Source: Leucoraja erinacea
Lineage: Eukaryota
DNA length: 64,000 nt
NCBI RefSeq assembly: GCF_028641065.1
Contig: NC_073412.1
Span: 11,718,001-11,782,000, forward strand
Direction: 5' to 3'
The position numbers were made by a program, and so were the translations under genes. The number at the start of each line of letters is the position of its first letter. Position 1 is the stretch's first letter. The notes beneath the pieces are model-generated. The model did not search any database, had not been told where the DNA came from, and saw nothing but the letters and a program-made list of their open reading frames with translations. Positions 62,445 to 64,000 of the stretch are shown one piece after another.

Positions 62445-64000
62445 ATAGCTGCTCCCACAGCCACCCTGGCAGCATGTTCAGGCACCCACCACCCTGCGTG
62501 AAACAAACTTGTTCCGCACACCTCATTTAAACTTTGCCCTTCTCATCTTAAAGCTGTGCCCTCTATTCTTTGACAATTCCACTCCGGGGAAAAAGGTTCA
62601 GACTATGTATCCTATCTATGCCTCACATAATTGAATATACTGTACTTTGACGAACATCCTTCCTGTAATGGGGTGACCAGAACTGCACACAATTCAGGTG
62701 GTAAAGTGGACCAGTTGAAAAAAACCCTTCAGTTGCTGCCTTACAGCGCTTACAGCACCACAGACCTGGGTTTGATCCTGGCTATGGGTGCTTATCTGTA
62801 CGGAGTTTGTTAGTTCTATCCGTGACCGCGTGGGTTTTCTCCGAGATCTTTGATTTCCTCTCACACTCCAAAGATAGTAAGTTCATTGGGTTGGTATAAG
62901 TGTAAATTGTCCCTACTACGTGTAGGATAGTGTTAATGTGCGGGGATCGCTGGTCGGGCAGATTCAGTGGGCCGAAGGGCCTGATTCCGCGCTGTATCTC
63001 TAAAATAAACTAAATCTCTGTTAATAAAACAACTTCTGGTGCTGGAAATGAGAAATAAAAACAGAAAATGATGGAAACCGTGAACGTCAGGCAGCATCAT
63101 TCCCAGTGTGATAACTTACCCTTCCATATCTCTAGACTCCCTCTCTCCTGACTTTCAGTCTGAAGAAGGGTCTCGACCTGAAACATCACCCATTCCTTCT
63201 CTTCAGAGATGCTGCCTGCACTGCTGAGCTACTCTAGCATTTTGTGTCTATCTTCGGTGTAAACCAGTATCTGCAGTTCCTTCCTACACAAAGGGTTTTG
63301 GATCTGATTGTTGACTATTTCTCTTTCTCTTCAGAAGCTGCCTGACCTGCTGAGTAGTTCCAGCATTTTCTGTTTCGATTTCTTTATTTTTTGTAGATCC
63401 CAGATGGTTGAACACAAGCACAATGCTTCACAGTGAATATATTTTTTTGCCACTGCTGTGATCTAGATGTTGCTCTACAATCTACACACCATCCTGACTT
63501 GTAAATATATCGCCATTCCTTTACTGTCTCTGGGTCAATATCCTCCCATAATGGCATTATAAATGATTCCATACCTCAAAGACTGCAGTAGCTCAAGAAG
63601 GTATCTCACCACCACCTTCTGAAGGGTAATTAATTTGATGGGCAATTAATTGCTGGTGCAATCTGTGAAGCCCATATTCTTTGAATGAATATTAAAAAAT
63701 AGTCATTTTGTCCATAGCAAAGTCCCACAATCAACTTGGAGACAGGGCCATGTAATATATCTTTGGAGCTAGTCTAATATTAGTTTTTGTGATGTGCTAT
63801 TAATCTTTGGAGGCTGAAACATGCTACAAATCCAGCATCACAGCTGGCAACTATTGCTCACCCATTTAGATTGAAACTTGCAAGGGAATATGCAAGACAT
63901 TTCCAGAATTTTCTTCACACAGTACACAGATGTAGGTCGGCATGGTGGCGCAGCAGTAGAGTTGCTGCCTTACAGCGTTTGCAGTGCCAGAGACCTGGGT

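Overview
Eukaryotic genomic DNA, almost certainly from a cartilaginous fish (skate/ray-like), judged by abundant HE1/V-type SINEs, CR1 LINEs, Rex1/Babar LINEs and Penelope-derived palindromic repeats. Three intron-containing genes lie in tandem on the minus strand, and I rebuilt them by hand from GT-AG junctions with consistent exon phases. (1) A complete 9-coding-exon LRRC61-like gene (CDS 60399->50188, 251 aa). (2) A complete 11-exon IDH3A (CDS 39892->11230, 367 aa). (3) The 5' part of DNAJA4 (predicted non-coding exon ~6362-6320, coding exons 4203-4072 and 1363-1183; the gene continues past the window start). Most of the remaining sequence is transposon-derived, and most ORFs in the supplied track are spurious or TE fragments. 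I see no convincing new multi-gene system. The best leads are: an intron-rich LRRC61 with a perfect RFX X-box beside its ATG; a 1.4-kb TA-flanked Tc1/pogo-type element carrying a tRNA-like head and long hairpins; Penelope-type minimal hammerhead motifs; GC-rich non-autonomous retroelements that share a body but have different 3' stem-loops; an IDH3A promoter built from a CCAAT/GC-box minisatellite split by a young CR1; a THAP-relic element; and an isolated intronic hairpin. Exon coordinates were counted by hand; repeat boundaries are approximate.
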